64,000 nt of DNA from Eledone cirrhosa (lineage: Eukaryota), in assembly GCA_964016885.1 (NCBI GenBank), contig OZ024743.1:355012001-355076000 (forward strand). Reading direction: 5' to 3'. Position 1 is the stretch's first letter, and every line of letters starts with the position of its first letter. Made by a program: the position numbers and the translations under genes. This document shows positions 1 through 12,498 of this stretch, in pieces. The notes beneath the pieces are model-generated. The model was not told where the DNA came from, did not search any database, and saw only the letters and a list, made by a program, of their open reading frames with translations.

Positions 1-388
1 GTGCCTGATTGTGGATGTGGCCTGCCCATTCGACAGGAGAGTGCAAGAGAAGGAGAGGGAGAAAATTAACCGATACCAGGACTTAAAGTGGGAGGTAAAA
101 AGGATTTGGAACTGCCATGAAGTCAAAGTGATCCCGATTGTCATAGGCGCACTGGGGACTATCTCCAAAAGTTTCCAAGGATGGTTAAAGAAAATTGGCC
201 CCTTCACGCTTTTTGCAACGCTTCAAAAGGCATGCTTGCTGGGAACAGCAAGAACCCTCCGATACGTCCTGAATATCTGAGGCTGCAGGTAGTGGCTTGA
301 TATTCATTTCAACAAACTTTCCAGTTAACTAACATCAATGACTAAGACTCAAAGAGTAATAACAATAATAATAATAATAATAATAATG
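1..388 (+). mobile_element. 3' end of an RLE-type non-LTR retrotransposon (R4/Dong-like), ending in (TAA)n
   Basis: ORF to 280 reads DVACP..EK..RYQDL..VIPIVIGALG..LQKACLLGTARTLR, the C-terminus of a restriction-like endonuclease domain; short 3' UTR, then a TAA array at 357-388. Confidence 0.85.
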
Positions 389-637
389 CTTTCTTTATTA
401 ACCACAAGGGTTTACATAAAGTAGACATTAAGGACAGTACAGGGCAATACAGGACGGTACAAATGGGCATTTCTGCGTGTAAAAAACAAGAAACAGAGGA
501 TGTATTAATAGAACAATGAAAAAATTCCCCAATAGGGGGGATACTTCCAAGGGACATTCGTGGAGAAAGCCCATTAAAAAGCCACAGTGACGCTGACCAC
601 CAAAGCAAGTACCCTCTCCCAGTTTTCCACCTTTAAT

Positions 638-3527
638 TTACAGACACATACTCAGAGTAGGCCCATTCACTCGGGCCATACTTGCTTCTCTCACCCATCT
701 TTCAACAAAATGCTGGGAAGAGAGCACTTCCCTCTCTACCCTGATTTTCCTTTTCAAATGAAATTTAAAAAAGTTAATCAGTGTATCACAGAAGAGGTAA
801 GTGCTCGTCTTTAGCCCTTTCAAACGTGTCCACCATACTATCTCTTTCGCCATGGCCACCAGACAGATAAAAACTGCTGCCCTTTCTGGCTAAAGGAGGA
901 GGGCGGGGCAATCCACACGATGGACTCAGCTGATAGCTGGATCCGTCCCACACACGACAGCAGGTTCCGACATAAACCCACAAGTCAGCAATGCTCGGAC
1001 ACTGGACGAGTGCGTACAGGACGGTTTCGTCGCCCTGCGCGCATCTCGGACATGCCCGGCTGACGGCACCTCCATGCCTGTAGAGTTTATCCCGAACTGG
1101 CAAAGCTCCTCGGTAGCACTGCCAGGCCAGGGATTTCTGGAAGTTGTCCATAGGCCCCGGCCCGAAAGTTGAAAAGATTGGCTAGTTGATTTTCGTCGAC
1201 GCCTAGAGTTTCCCCAAGTACGTCGTCGCTCTTCCCCTCCACTAATCCTCTATAGAACGCCAAGGTGGAGTTTCAACGGATCACATTGCCCGATTGGTCG
1301 AGGGCTGTGAGCGCCTGAAGACATTCCAGTCTCCAAGCGCTCCCTCACGGTCTTCGCTTGACCCAGGACTGCAGCTCCGTCAAGGAGACGAGCTGGGGAA
1401 AGACGCGTCTAGCAAACGGAGACCACACCTGATCACCGTCGAAGAAGAGGTGGAGATGTCATAGCCTGAGCGCGTGTCTGCACATCATCAGCCACGGCAT
1501 TCCCAGCCATCCACGTAGCGGGTGTTGACAGCAGATGGACCGCCTGACCATCGAAGCGCGTCCCTTCCACAAAAAGCGAAAGAGCAAACGCTCCAGCGCA
1601 GTCAGGCGGGGCTTAGGACAAGGTACCACGGTCAGGCGGTAGTAGATGACGGACGCGATAAACGCGTTAGCCACCTCCGCTCGACCTTTCACGGATAGCT
1701 TCCTCTCGGCCCATTTCTGGGTGTGAGAAGCCACCCTGCTTGTCACCTCGTCCCAGTTTTTGTCCGTCTGGAGATCCGGACCGAACCAGACCCCGAGCAA
1801 TTTAACCGGTCCGTCCGTCCAGCGCCCAACGACGCTGTTGGACTGTATGGACCTCCCTCTCCAGGTGCCGAGCTGTAGGCCCACTGACTTTTGTTGGTTG
1901 ATCATTGCTCCTGTCAACGCTTCGTATTCTCTTGGCCAAAATCTTGAACACTGTATTTAGCAGACTTATGGGCCTAAAATCATCTGTTATCCCCCTTGTT
2001 CGGATCCTTTCTCAGCAGCGCCACAGCTCCTCGGCTGACAGAGCTGGAAATTATCCCGTTCTGTTGCCAGTTGCAGTAGACGTCCCGCAAGAGGCCTCCG
2101 AACAAGTCTGGCATATGTACGTAAAGTTCATAGGGCAGACCATCCAAACCAGGCGATTTACCCCTTGTGCAGCCAGTCATTGCCTCCCGTACTTCAGCGG
2201 CTGTTATCGGCTTTTCGCAACACTCCGCCTCAGTGGCCGAGAGCCGCGGCAGTCCGTCGAGGTAGATACTAATGTCCATCCCTCGATCCGGCCCGCCGCT
2301 TCCCCCGAACAGCTGAGCGAAGTGTCGCTGAAAAGCTTCACACATTTGCCCGGGATCGAGTAGCATGCGCCCGTCGTGGTCGACCAAAGACCGGATCGTG
2401 GTTTGTTGCCACGAAGAACCTCCGCCACTCGGGCCCATTGAACGGCTTTCGTCCCCTCGTGTCTGAGAGCACGCACCCTAGCTCTGACGACGCAGCATCG
2501 TGCTTTGCATTGAAGAATTGGTCAAGGGTCAATTTCGCCGCAAGCACGTCGGTCGCGATGCCTTTGCTAAGCGCCTCGTCTAATATTCAAACTAATTCTC
2601 CCTCTGCTCTATTTTTCTCTATTGCTAAAGCCTTACTAAACCTAATGGACTCTATTCTAATTGCTCTTCTCAGAGCAAACCACCACTTGTTGTTGACGAT
2701 GCCCCCCGTCAATGCCCGCTTAACTAGTTCGCTAATTCGCTCTCTGTAGGCCTTGCGCGCTGGCAAGGACGCGTTTAGCTTCCAGTAGCCGGGTCCTCGT
2801 CTATGAAGCCTATGTAAGTCAAGCACACACATCACGAATTTGTGGTCCGTATAGCTGACTATCTTGAATTGGGACAGCCTATGCTAGACCTATCTATTTC
2901 CCTACAAAATACTCTATCTAGATATGATCTGGATGACCCAATGCGATTTGTCCAAGTCCACATTGGCACATTCGGGAAATCCGATCGGTACCTGTCAGAC
3001 AGTTCAAAACGCCTGAGCAGGTTGGTGAGGCTCTTGCACCCTCCTCCCCAATTCGCAAATCCCACACAGTCCCAGCGTGCATCTAAAATCCCGTTCCAGT
3101 CGCCCACTAACACTAAAGAGCGGGACGTTCCAAGAAAGGTCTCCAGACGCTGGAAGAAATCAGGTCGCCCTGCTCCTGTCGGGGCATAGACGGCCACTAG
3201 CCTGAAAGCTTGCCCGTCTCCGCTGGTCACGTCTAGCACCACCAACTTACCTTCTGGCTCCAGGAAGATGGCCCGTATGGCGAGATCCAAACCTCTCCGA
3301 AAAAGGACAGCATATAACCCCCCCCCCCCCGATCCCGGACGGCTGGGAGATGCGTACACATCGTAGCCGCCGAAGATCGGTACGAAGACACGTGCTTCGG
3401 AGATTCTGGTTTCGCTGATGGCCACTACATCTATGTTTAGTGACCTGAGGTCGTTGAGCAGGTGGCCCTGCTTCCATGACGACCCCAAGCCACGCGCATA
3501 TATGCTGCCTATTCTGAGTGACGTCAT
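638..3527 (-). pseudogene. Tx1-like ORF2 (APE endonuclease + RT + zinc finger), disrupted
   Basis: AISET, VYAP, LVGDWN, SYLDRV (APE); GYWKLN, KSPGLDGLPYE, VKLLGVWF (RT flanks); several frameshifts; RT core missing at about 1930. Confidence 0.85.
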
Positions 3528-3561
3528 GTTGAAATGGAGTGGAAAAGATGGGAAAGACCAC

Positions 3562-5498
3562 TTACCTTACTTCTCGTAGAGGAAGGATGGTTTGTCCATC
3601 CTTTTCACTGCTTGTGGCTTCCTCCGGAAGGATGTCCTTATAAATCGTCCTGGAGAGTGTTTGTCGGAAGTCTCCGATGACTTTGGGGAATTTTTGTTTT
3701 AGTGTCGTGTACGTTTTCTGTGTGATGCGAGTGATGTGTATGTGTGGAGGTGGTGTGAACTTTTGGGTTGTTGTGTAGTCTTTTTCTGTGATGCTGGTGT
3801 TGTGTTGCATGTAGTGTAATAATTGGTTGTTGTTCAAATTTAATGCTGTGTAGTGTGTATCGTTTTGGTTGTTTTTTCTTTTTTGCGTTTGTTGTGGGTT
3901 TGTTTCGGTTTCGCTTTTTGGTGACTTTTGTGGTGTTGGTGATGGTGGTGTTGGGGTTAATGATGGTGATGGTGTTGGTGTTTGTGGTGATGGTGTTGGT
4001 GATGTTGGTGTGGATTGTGGCATATCTGTCCTAACTTTTTTGTTTGATAATTTATTTGTTTCCCTCTGTATTTTGTTTTTGGAGGGGGAAGGAAGAGAAT
4101 TTTTCTTTTTTGGTTTCTTTTTTTCTTTTTTTCTGATACCGTTTCCCACTCCTCGTCGTCACAATCTGTCTCCAGTTGCGATAAGCCGGGGAGTGGAAAA
4201 TCCTCCACAGGCGTTAGTTTTGGTTGTGGCGTGGTGGATGGTGTAGGCGCTGGTGCTAGTTCTAGCGCGTTGGGTGGTGGTGGTGTTGGTTTTGCTACTG
4301 TTGCTGGGGTTGTTGCTGTTACAGTTGCTCCTGTTGTTGCTGCTACAGTTGTTGCTGCCATTTCTGCTGCTGGTGGTGTTGATGGTTCAGTCACTGGGGT
4401 GCGTAAGAGAGGTGGCCTCAACCTTTTAGCCTGAGAGCAGAAAGCCCTTAGGTGGGTTCCTTCACCACAAACGACACACCTATGCCTTCTGCCCTCGACG
4501 ATTACGGTGAGGTGGCTGCTGGGATCTCCTCAATGCTTTTATGGTCCGCTTGGATCAGGAGCTCTATCCCAGACCCGGACCAGTTCTCCTGCTTTTCTTT
4601 CGCTATTTCAATTATCTTGGTGTTGGCCTCGATGCCGGCGAGGACCGCAGCCATTAGCCAGGGAATTTCGATGGCCGGGGGAACGTGGGTCACCCTGATC
4701 TTCACAAGTCTCTGGCCACAATAGCTTGGGACGAGTATGAAGTCGTCACTTCTTAACGGGGCCATGGAGTGTTCTCTGCCCTCCTGTGGTGTTTCAAAGA
4801 ACACGTCCACGGTTCCATATTTCTGCCCACGTCTGATGTGTGTTGTTTTTGCCCACACATGTCCCAAAGCCTTTTGGATTTGGGACTCGGATGCTCCTTC
4901 CACTCGGCACGATTTTATGTTAATTGTCCGATAAGACACGGTGCATAGGCGACGATGCTCCATTTTATTAGGTGTGGGGTGTGGGGTGGGGGGTGGGGGG
5001 TACCTGTACCCATCTTTCTTTACCAATCTTTTGGCTTCTTCTAATTCCTCCTGAGTTACCTGGATCGCTTCGCACGTTTTTGCTACTCTTGCAAAACTCA
5101 GGGTAGTTTTCTTAATTTCATTGTTGCTGTTGTTGTTATCGTTATTTTTGTTATTGTTAATTTTAGTTTCAGTTGTGTTGGTGGTGGCGTCAGTGGTGTG
5201 GAAGAGTTCATTTTGGTTGAATTCATTTCGATATCACGAGTTAATTTATTTTTTCTTTTGTTTCTGTTGTCGCTGTGATGGTGGTGGTGGCGGTTGTCGC
5301 TGTGGTGGTGGTGGAGGGGGTGGCGGCTTTAACACCTGCAGTCAGTGGTAATGGCGGGAAATGAAACTCTGGCTGAGACAAATTTAAAATATTGCTACTG
5401 CTTATATTTTTAGTGTTGGCAAACGTAGTAATATTTACAATGGTGGTGTCGATGTGAGGTGTTAGTTTGTGAGGAAGGAGTGACTCTGAGTCTTCCAT
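3562..5498 (-). pseudogene. Tx1-like ORF1 (gag-like, RRM-like region plus CCHC knuckle), fragmented
   Basis: ORFs 5241-5498, 4502-5026, 3957-4421 and 3562-4149; CVVCGEGTHLRAFC (C-x2-C-x4-H-x4-C) read at about 4480-4435; Pro/Thr- and Lys-rich tracts. Confidence 0.7.
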
Positions 5499-5713
5499 GA
5501 TTTTTCAAAGAAATTTCTTTTGTTTGATAATTATAAAAGTTTAAATATTGGGCTCAAGGCCCCAATATTTTTTAGTGTCCTCTTCAGAAATCCATGTATG
5601 TGCACTTATATACAGTCAACAATAAAAAATTTCCATAAATGGCAATTTTAAACAACTGAAAATAACAAACCTTTGCGTAGCTCATGATGATACGATTTAC
5701 TACGGAGGTCGCC

Positions 5714-5752
<39 letters not shown>

Positions 5753-5802
5753 AATAATAGTGATAATAATAATTATTATAATAGTAATATCAATAGTAAT
5801 AA

Positions 5803-5870
5803 TACTTTCTTTATTTACCACAAGGGTTTACATAAAGTCGTCATTAAGGACAGTACAAGACAATACAATA
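5803..5870 (-). mobile_element. Short 3'-terminal fragment of the same Tx1 family
   Basis: ctttctttattt(a)accacaagggtttacataaagt..cattaaggacagtaca nearly repeats 389-445; embedded in a degenerate TAA array. Confidence 0.75.
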
Positions 5871-6014
5871 GTAATGATGATAATAATAGTGACATGAAGA
5901 ATGTGACGAAGTTAGATAATAGCACAAGTAGTGTCATTGATATTGCATTTATCTGTTTATAACTGATACAACAACATTTCAATTTCTCACGTTATAAAAT
6001 GGGTATGTAGATAC

Positions 6015-6146
<132 letters not shown>

Positions 6147-6160
6147 TGATATATATACAG

Positions 6161-6192
<32 letters not shown>

Positions 6193-6205
6193 TGATATAT
6201 ATACA

Positions 6206-6252
<47 letters not shown>

Positions 6253-6295
6253 ACACATACATATATATGTATATATATGATATATGTATATATAC

Positions 6296-6336
<41 letters not shown>

Positions 6337-6339
<3 letters not shown>

Positions 6340-6912
6340 CGTTTCTGAATTTGTTTAGCAAGATTCTTTATCTGAAATCGTGTGTTGAAACCGATATTGT
6401 TATACTTTGGGAGGGTCATGTTGCCAATAAGAAACACACGCACCAGTTGCTTTCACTTCAATTTAATTTATTAAATATTTATAAATTTACAAATTTATAA
6501 ATTTCTGGTTGGTTGGTTGGTTCCACAACCAGATAGTTGTTTATATATATATAGTCATAGTTCTTTCGTCACACACTCTGTGACCTCTTCAGTGACTGGG
6601 GATTTCTTTCTTCGTTTCTGTGCCTTTCCTTTCTTCTATCCTACGCCATTTTGTTGAAAACAAAATGGCGTAGGATAGAAGAAAGGAAAGGCACAGAAAC
6701 GAAGAAAGAAATCCCCAGTCACTGAAGAGGTCACAGAGTGTGTGACGAAAGAACTATGACTATATATATATAAACAACTATCTGGTTGTGGAACCAACCA
6801 ACCAACCAGAAATTTATAAATTTGTAAATTTATAAATATTTAATAAATTAAATTGAAGTGAAAGCAACTGGTGCGTGTGTTTCTTATTGGCAACATGACC
6901 CTCCCAAAGTAT

Positions 6913-6920
<8 letters not shown>
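6337..6920. mobile_element. Solo PLE pseudo-LTR in fold-back form (262-bp arms, loop GAA at 6656-6658)
   Basis: 6394-6655 is the reverse complement of 6659-6920; the right arm matches the 3' end (about 11010-11260) of the PLE at 9361; flanked by (TA)n. Confidence 0.9.
6717..6761 (+). ncRNA. Minimal type I hammerhead ribozyme (mirror copy in the left arm; another at 11070-11114)
   Basis: agtca-CTGAAGA-g-gtcaca gagtg tgtgac-GAAA-gaac-TA-tgact: stem I agtca/tgact, stem II gtcaca/tgtgac, very short stem III. Confidence 0.7.
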
Positions 6921-6967
<47 letters not shown>

Positions 6968-7010
6968 TATGTATATAACACATACATATATATATGTGTA
7001 TATATATATG

Positions 7011-7076
<66 letters not shown>

Positions 7077-7078
<2 letters not shown>

Positions 7079-7231
7079 AAAAAGTATGACCCCGACTACA
7101 GAGCTCAAGCCGTTTTGACGGCTATTTCTGGACGGTGTCATCCTTTTTCCTATTTCCAACTCTACTACCCTAAGTATTGAGTACTCTGGTGCGTTATGGT
7201 CCATCTGGTTCCTTACCACAATTCCTTTGTT
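7077..7231. mobile_element. Short PLE terminal fragment (family of 14268-14455) with an inverted 5' part
   Basis: Antisense HHR half (ccccgac..gagctcaagccgttt) joined to the sense tail ctactaccctaagtattgagtact..; relatives at 9220-9302, 45552-45625, 45648-45842 and 46160-46265. Confidence 0.7.
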
Positions 7232-8054
7232 ATATATATATATGAGTATGTGGGTGTGTGGGTTGGTGTATGCGTGGGAGTGCGTAAGAGGCGCGCGCGC
7301 GCGCGCGTGTGTGTGTAGGTGTGTGTGTGTGAATGCATGTGTAGATATGTAGGTTCAAATAATTATATATGAAACAATGCACGGATCATAGACATACACA
7401 TATGTACATACAATGAAGCACTCCTTCTTTGCACATACATGCACACACTCACCTATAAAATCCCGCTTTCATAAGTACACGGCGTGTCTTAAAGTTCAAA
7501 CTTAATGAATATACTGATACGATGTTCTTACATCATTCTGAGAGACACCTGCTATTTTGTGGAACTTCCACATGTCTATTCATCTCGCTATATTTGTCGA
7601 TATTCTTGAGGAAACGACAATCTATGATTCCGTTTGTTTCAATTACAAATGAAATAATGGACACATTTCTTACATGCCATAACAACTTCGCTTCTGTAGC
7701 GAAGCGAACTTGTTATAATTTCATATCTTCACTGTTCGCCTATGAACGACAGTTATTCACTTGCAATAGCTAAGTCAATTTTCTCTATACTATTGTCATG
7801 TTGGTCATGTTATATTACCATGCTCATGTCAGCGTGTATATGTGTATAAGTATGCGTACGTGTGTGCATGTTTGTGTGTGCGTTTATGTGTGTGTGTGCG
7901 TGTGTCTGTCTGTCTGTGTGTGAGTGTGTGTTGTCAGGTAGTGTGAAAAATGTATTTTGTATATTTGCATTATCATTTATGATTGTTGTAACTTCAGAGA
8001 AATAACACAGAAGAACGTTCTTCACGTGTGATGTAGAGTATCTCTATATATAAT

Positions 8055-8148
<94 letters not shown>

Positions 8149-8153
<5 letters not shown>

Positions 8154-9088
8154 GATGTGATATTGTGATCTATATTGTTGATATACGATGTAAGTTATAT
8201 ATTTTACACTCAGCCTCACCGCTATGTCCGGGTCAGTATCAAATCTTTTCCTGAGTCCTGTATTTTCGTTGCTCTGGTAATGCGGCTAGACTGCCGACCG
8301 CTATATCTGATTTGCTAAGCTGTCTGAACGTAATGTTATTACTCTGGGTCTTACCTCATCCGAGTGCTAAAGCTACAGACCGATTATGCATATATGCTAG
8401 CTTGGCCGTATACTAAAGCTTCGTCAATGCTGTACTAAAATTTATATTTACTCCTAGAATTAACGATTAACTGATTAATTTAATTAGATGATTCTATTGA
8501 TTGATTAATTGTTTAAGTTTGTTTGATAACTTCTAGTCGAGTGCTTTATTCGGTTTTTCTAAAGGGATTCATTCCTTTACCTCAAATTAGAATACACCGC
8601 CTAAGCGGGGGTTACTTCCCTTGGAGAAAACCACGTGCCTGTGGCGACTTTTAAAGTTACAACATACCCGCTTTGGCTAAGAACGAAAGACTTGCTGAAG
8701 AAGTAAATCCTATGTTCTGTCGTCAAAAACCATTATATTGCAGACTCCTGCAATAGGAATTTGTCGATCTTGGATTTGCAGAAACTTAGCGCTGATGTTG
8801 GATGTGATATTGTGATTTATAATGTTGATATACGATGTAAGTCATATATTTTACACTCAGCCTCACCGCTATGTCCAGGTCAGTATAAAATCTTTTCCTG
8901 GGTCCTGTATTTTCGTTGCTCTGGTAATGCGGCTAGACTGCCGACCGCTATATCTGATTTGTTAAGCTGTCTGAACGTAATGTTATTACTCTGGGGTCTT
9001 ACCATAATCCGAGTGCTCAAGCTACAGACCGATTATGCATATACGATAGCTTGGCCGTATATTAAAGCTTCGTCAATGCTGTACTAAA

Positions 9089-9093
<5 letters not shown>
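8149..9093 (+). mobile_element. Non-coding 647-nt unit with a ~300-nt terminal direct repeat and an HHR-like motif (retrozyme-like or non-autonomous PLE)
   Basis: 8149-8447 repeats at 8796-9093; CTGAAGA 8695, stem II gtaaatcc/ggatttgc, GAAA 8781, GTT 8797-8799; stem I poor; flanked by (TA)n. Confidence 0.65.
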
Positions 9094-9131
<38 letters not shown>

Positions 9132-9300
9132 CATCAGTTTGTTACCAGTTTTAAACTAATAAGACCATTATTGTGCAGAATACTCGATATTAGGAATAAT
9201 AAAATGTAACTATATTAGAGAAAGTGGGGCCCGGCGGCTGAGCTCTTGCCGTTTCGACAGCTATTTCCAGAAAGACCTCAGCCATCGGGGCCCAAAACTC

Positions 9301-9360
<60 letters not shown>

Positions 9361-9364
<4 letters not shown>

Positions 9365-11252
9365 AGACACATATGACCTTAGCAACCTGTGCCCTACAAG
9401 ACCAGCAAGAGGCAGACCACCTACCATTACCTCAATGGCCAAGAAAACCCACACAGATAGATGGAACGGGTGGACCAGAGGCATACGGACACCCGAAAAC
9501 CACGATGAACTGAAGTTTAATGATTGCACATGCGGTAGGGGCCTGCATAAAACTAACCCTTAAGGAACATATGTTCAAATTTAATGGAAAAACATATGCC
9601 CAAGAGGAAGGAGCAGCCATTGGTGTTAGCATTGCAGGCGTCATAGCTAACCTATTCATGGTATGGTGGGACAGTAGACTTAAACTTAAACTTAAAGAAC
9701 AATTAGAAGACCCCTTAACCCTGATAATGTACTCCCGCTACGTAGATGATATAAATATAGTAGTTAAGACACCCCCACTAGAGAACAGTCAGTAACTAGA
9801 GAAAAACACAATGGAAAGCATCCAGCAAATAGCAAACTCCATCCACCAGAGCATTAGAGTTACTATAGACTACCCAAGTAAACACCCCAACCATCGATTA
9901 CCTGTACTAGACACAGAGCTCTGGTTAGATACCATTAACAACAAAAAACAAATCCTCCATTCCCATTATGCCAAACCCATGACTTCCAAACATCTGATCC
10001 ACCGAAACTCGGCCAGTTCGGACCATACCAAAATCAACATACTGATTGCGGATTTGGTACGGGTGATGAGAAATGTGTCCCGCATGTGCAACCCCGAAGA
10101 ACTAGAGAGACACATACAACACTTCATCCACCGTATGCAGTTCTCTGGCTACAATCAGAGAGATAAAATCAGAGTGTATAGAGGAGCCAGAACCAAATGG
10201 GAAAAAATGGTAAATAATGACATAAATGGGACCTGCCCCTTGTATAGGAGCAAATTTTGGAATAGAATAGAAAGAACTAGGAACAAGGCTAATAGAATAA
10301 ACTCATGGTATGATAGCAATAAATACCAGAGTGTAATGTTCATCGATACAACCCCAAGAGGTGAATTAGCTTACAAATTTAGAAGGGCCCTAAATAAACA
10401 TAAACTCAATATTAAGATAGTAGAAAGACCAGGTACCTCCGTAAAAACACTTATTAGCAAGACATACCCTTTTCAAAGACCCTCATGTATAGATAAGAGA
10501 TGTATAACCTGTAAAATAAGCCCCCATATTAACTGTAAAACTAGAAATGTAGTGTATAGCATAAGATGTACTGAAGGACAATGTAGAGGCAAAAATATAG
10601 TGTACATAGGTGAGACAGCTCGTAGTGTAGGGGAACGGATAAATGAACACTGGCGAGACCTTCAAGATAATAAAGAATCATCTGTACTCTACCAACATGC
10701 TAAAATAGAACAGAAGGGTAAATTAGAGAACATAGAAATAAAAATAGAATCTACACACAGAAAAGACGCAATGTTTAGACAAAATACAGAGGCAATAAAC
10801 ATAAAAGAATTACAACCAAAATTAAATAGAAAGTATGAGTGGAACAGCAACATCACAACCTACAATTAAGGACAAAATGAAAACAAACACACACATAGAA
10901 CAAACAACCAACCAGTAACATGTAAATAAACAAATAAATAAATGAACATAAACACACACAGACACCCGGATGGGGCGCATGCGCAGACTGAGCACACAAC
11001 ACACACACAGAAACAAAATGGCGTAGGACAGAACAAAGGAGAGGCACAGAAACAAAGAAAGGAATCCCCAGTCACTGAAGAGGTCACAGAGTGTGTGACG
11101 AAAGAACTATGACTATATATAAACAACTATCTGGTTGTGGAACCAACCAACCAGAAATTTATAAATTTATAAATTTATAAATATATAATAAATTGAAGTG
11201 AAAGCAACTGGAGCGTGTGTTTCTTATTGGCAACATGACCCTCCCAAAGTAT

Positions 11253-11260
<8 letters not shown>
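9361..11260 (+). mobile_element. Penelope-like element, family A (YVDD-type RT + C-terminal GIY-YIG), 5'-truncated
   Basis: GAAIGVSIAGVIANLFM, YSRYVDD, LPVLD, NVVYSIRC..YIGETARS..R..EH; in-frame TAA at 9793; pLTR with HHR; (TA)n on both sides. Confidence 0.9.
9520..10869 (+). pseudogene. PLE RT/GIY-YIG ORF with one in-frame stop
   Basis: ORFs 9520-9795 and 9811-10869 share a frame and are separated by TAA. Confidence 0.85.
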
Positions 11261-11321
<61 letters not shown>

Positions 11322-11696
11322 TTGTGATTGAAGTTCCGACAATTGCGTACAGGATCTTTTGTTTTCTTGAATATTATTGGTAATGGTGGCGCTGAAAGTT
11401 TTACTAGTACTAATAATTCTAGCCCCGTAGAAGCCATTTCTATATTAAACATGATGTTTACACTTTACCAATGTACTGAATACATTAATTACTGTGTTTA
11501 GTCCGGCACACACTCACACACACACAGACATGCGCGCGCGTGCGCTCATACACACGTATATATATATATATATATTATATACATAAGTGTGTGTGTTTGC
11601 GTGTGTGCATGTATTACTTTTGTGTGTGTGTGTTTTAAAATAGTTTTCATACTAAATCTCAGTACAAATAGCGAGAAACTGACTATAGTTAAAAGC

Positions 11697-11738
<42 letters not shown>

Positions 11739-11740
<2 letters not shown>

Positions 11741-12427
11741 AGGATCCGAATTAAGAGTATTCCGGAGTTCACAGTAATAATAATAATATTAGCTCAAAGA
11801 AGCATAGACCATTTTCTTCTGAGCTCAAATACACATATATTACACAAAGAGAATTGTGTTACACTGTGAGATGTGTGTAAAGAATTATTACAAGTGAGTT
11901 TAACCGTTACTGTATGGAGAACAATATCTACAGGTTAGCAATTAAATAGAAAAAAAACTAAGTCAGAATCAAATCTCTGAAGTAGAGTTTTAAATTACCA
12001 ACCTTATAACTATAAGCTTGCTGATACGAATCTAGTTCGTTTCGCCACAGAAATGTGCAGTTTACAAGCCCACAGGTTCCTCAGTCAGCAAGTGTGGATT
12101 CTGTTCACGACACATCTAACCTCATGGATAGAGAGAAAGCTAATATGTACGGTGCTCAGCGTAGGGCGAAATCACGTGTTATTTGCATCAAATAACGGCT
12201 CTCATGGATTGGGGAAAATGCTAGAGAGGGCAGCCCAACCATTCGAGTTTATTAGCTCAACAATTTGGAGCTCGTTAAGTATACAAGGATCGGAATTAAG
12301 AGTATTCCGCAGTTCACAGTAATAATAATAATATTAGCTCAAAGAAGAATAGAGAATTTTCTTCTGAGCTCAAATACAAATATATTACGCAATTTTTATT
12401 TTTATATTCCGATCTCTTTGTATATAG

Positions 12428-12430
<3 letters not shown>
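11739..12430 (-). mobile_element. Non-coding 545-nt unit with a ~105-nt direct repeat and an HHR
   Basis: 11739-11845 repeats at 12284-12390; HHR at 12017-12092; the terminal 12390-12430 recurs inverted at about 17245-17290; flanked by (TA)n. Confidence 0.65.
12017..12092 (-). ncRNA. Type I hammerhead ribozyme
   Basis: cttgctga-CTGAGGA-...-GAAA-cgaa ctaga ttcg-TA-tcagcaag: 8-bp stem I and 5-bp stem III; stem II imperfect. Confidence 0.7.

Positions 12431-12497
<67 letters not shown>

Positions 12498-12498
<1 letters not shown>

Larger units (their letters stand above)
389..5570 (-). mobile_element. Tx1/L1-clade LINE, near full length but frameshifted and internally deleted
   Basis: ORF1 pieces 5498-3562; ORF2 pieces 3527-638 (APE, RT remnants, C-terminal CPRC..ET..C finger); AATAAA near 395 followed by an (ATT)n tail; 5' boundary approximate. 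Confidence 0.85.

Noticed and set aside
8149-9093. Possible LTR element or TRIM (direct repeats starting TG)
   Set aside because: No CA end, primer-binding site, polypurine tract or target-site duplication seen; partial tandem repeat with HHR fits better
9793-9795. In-frame stop in the PLE ORF as possible recoding (selenocysteine)
   Set aside because: The codon is TAA, not TGA, and there is a frameshift just upstream; simple decay
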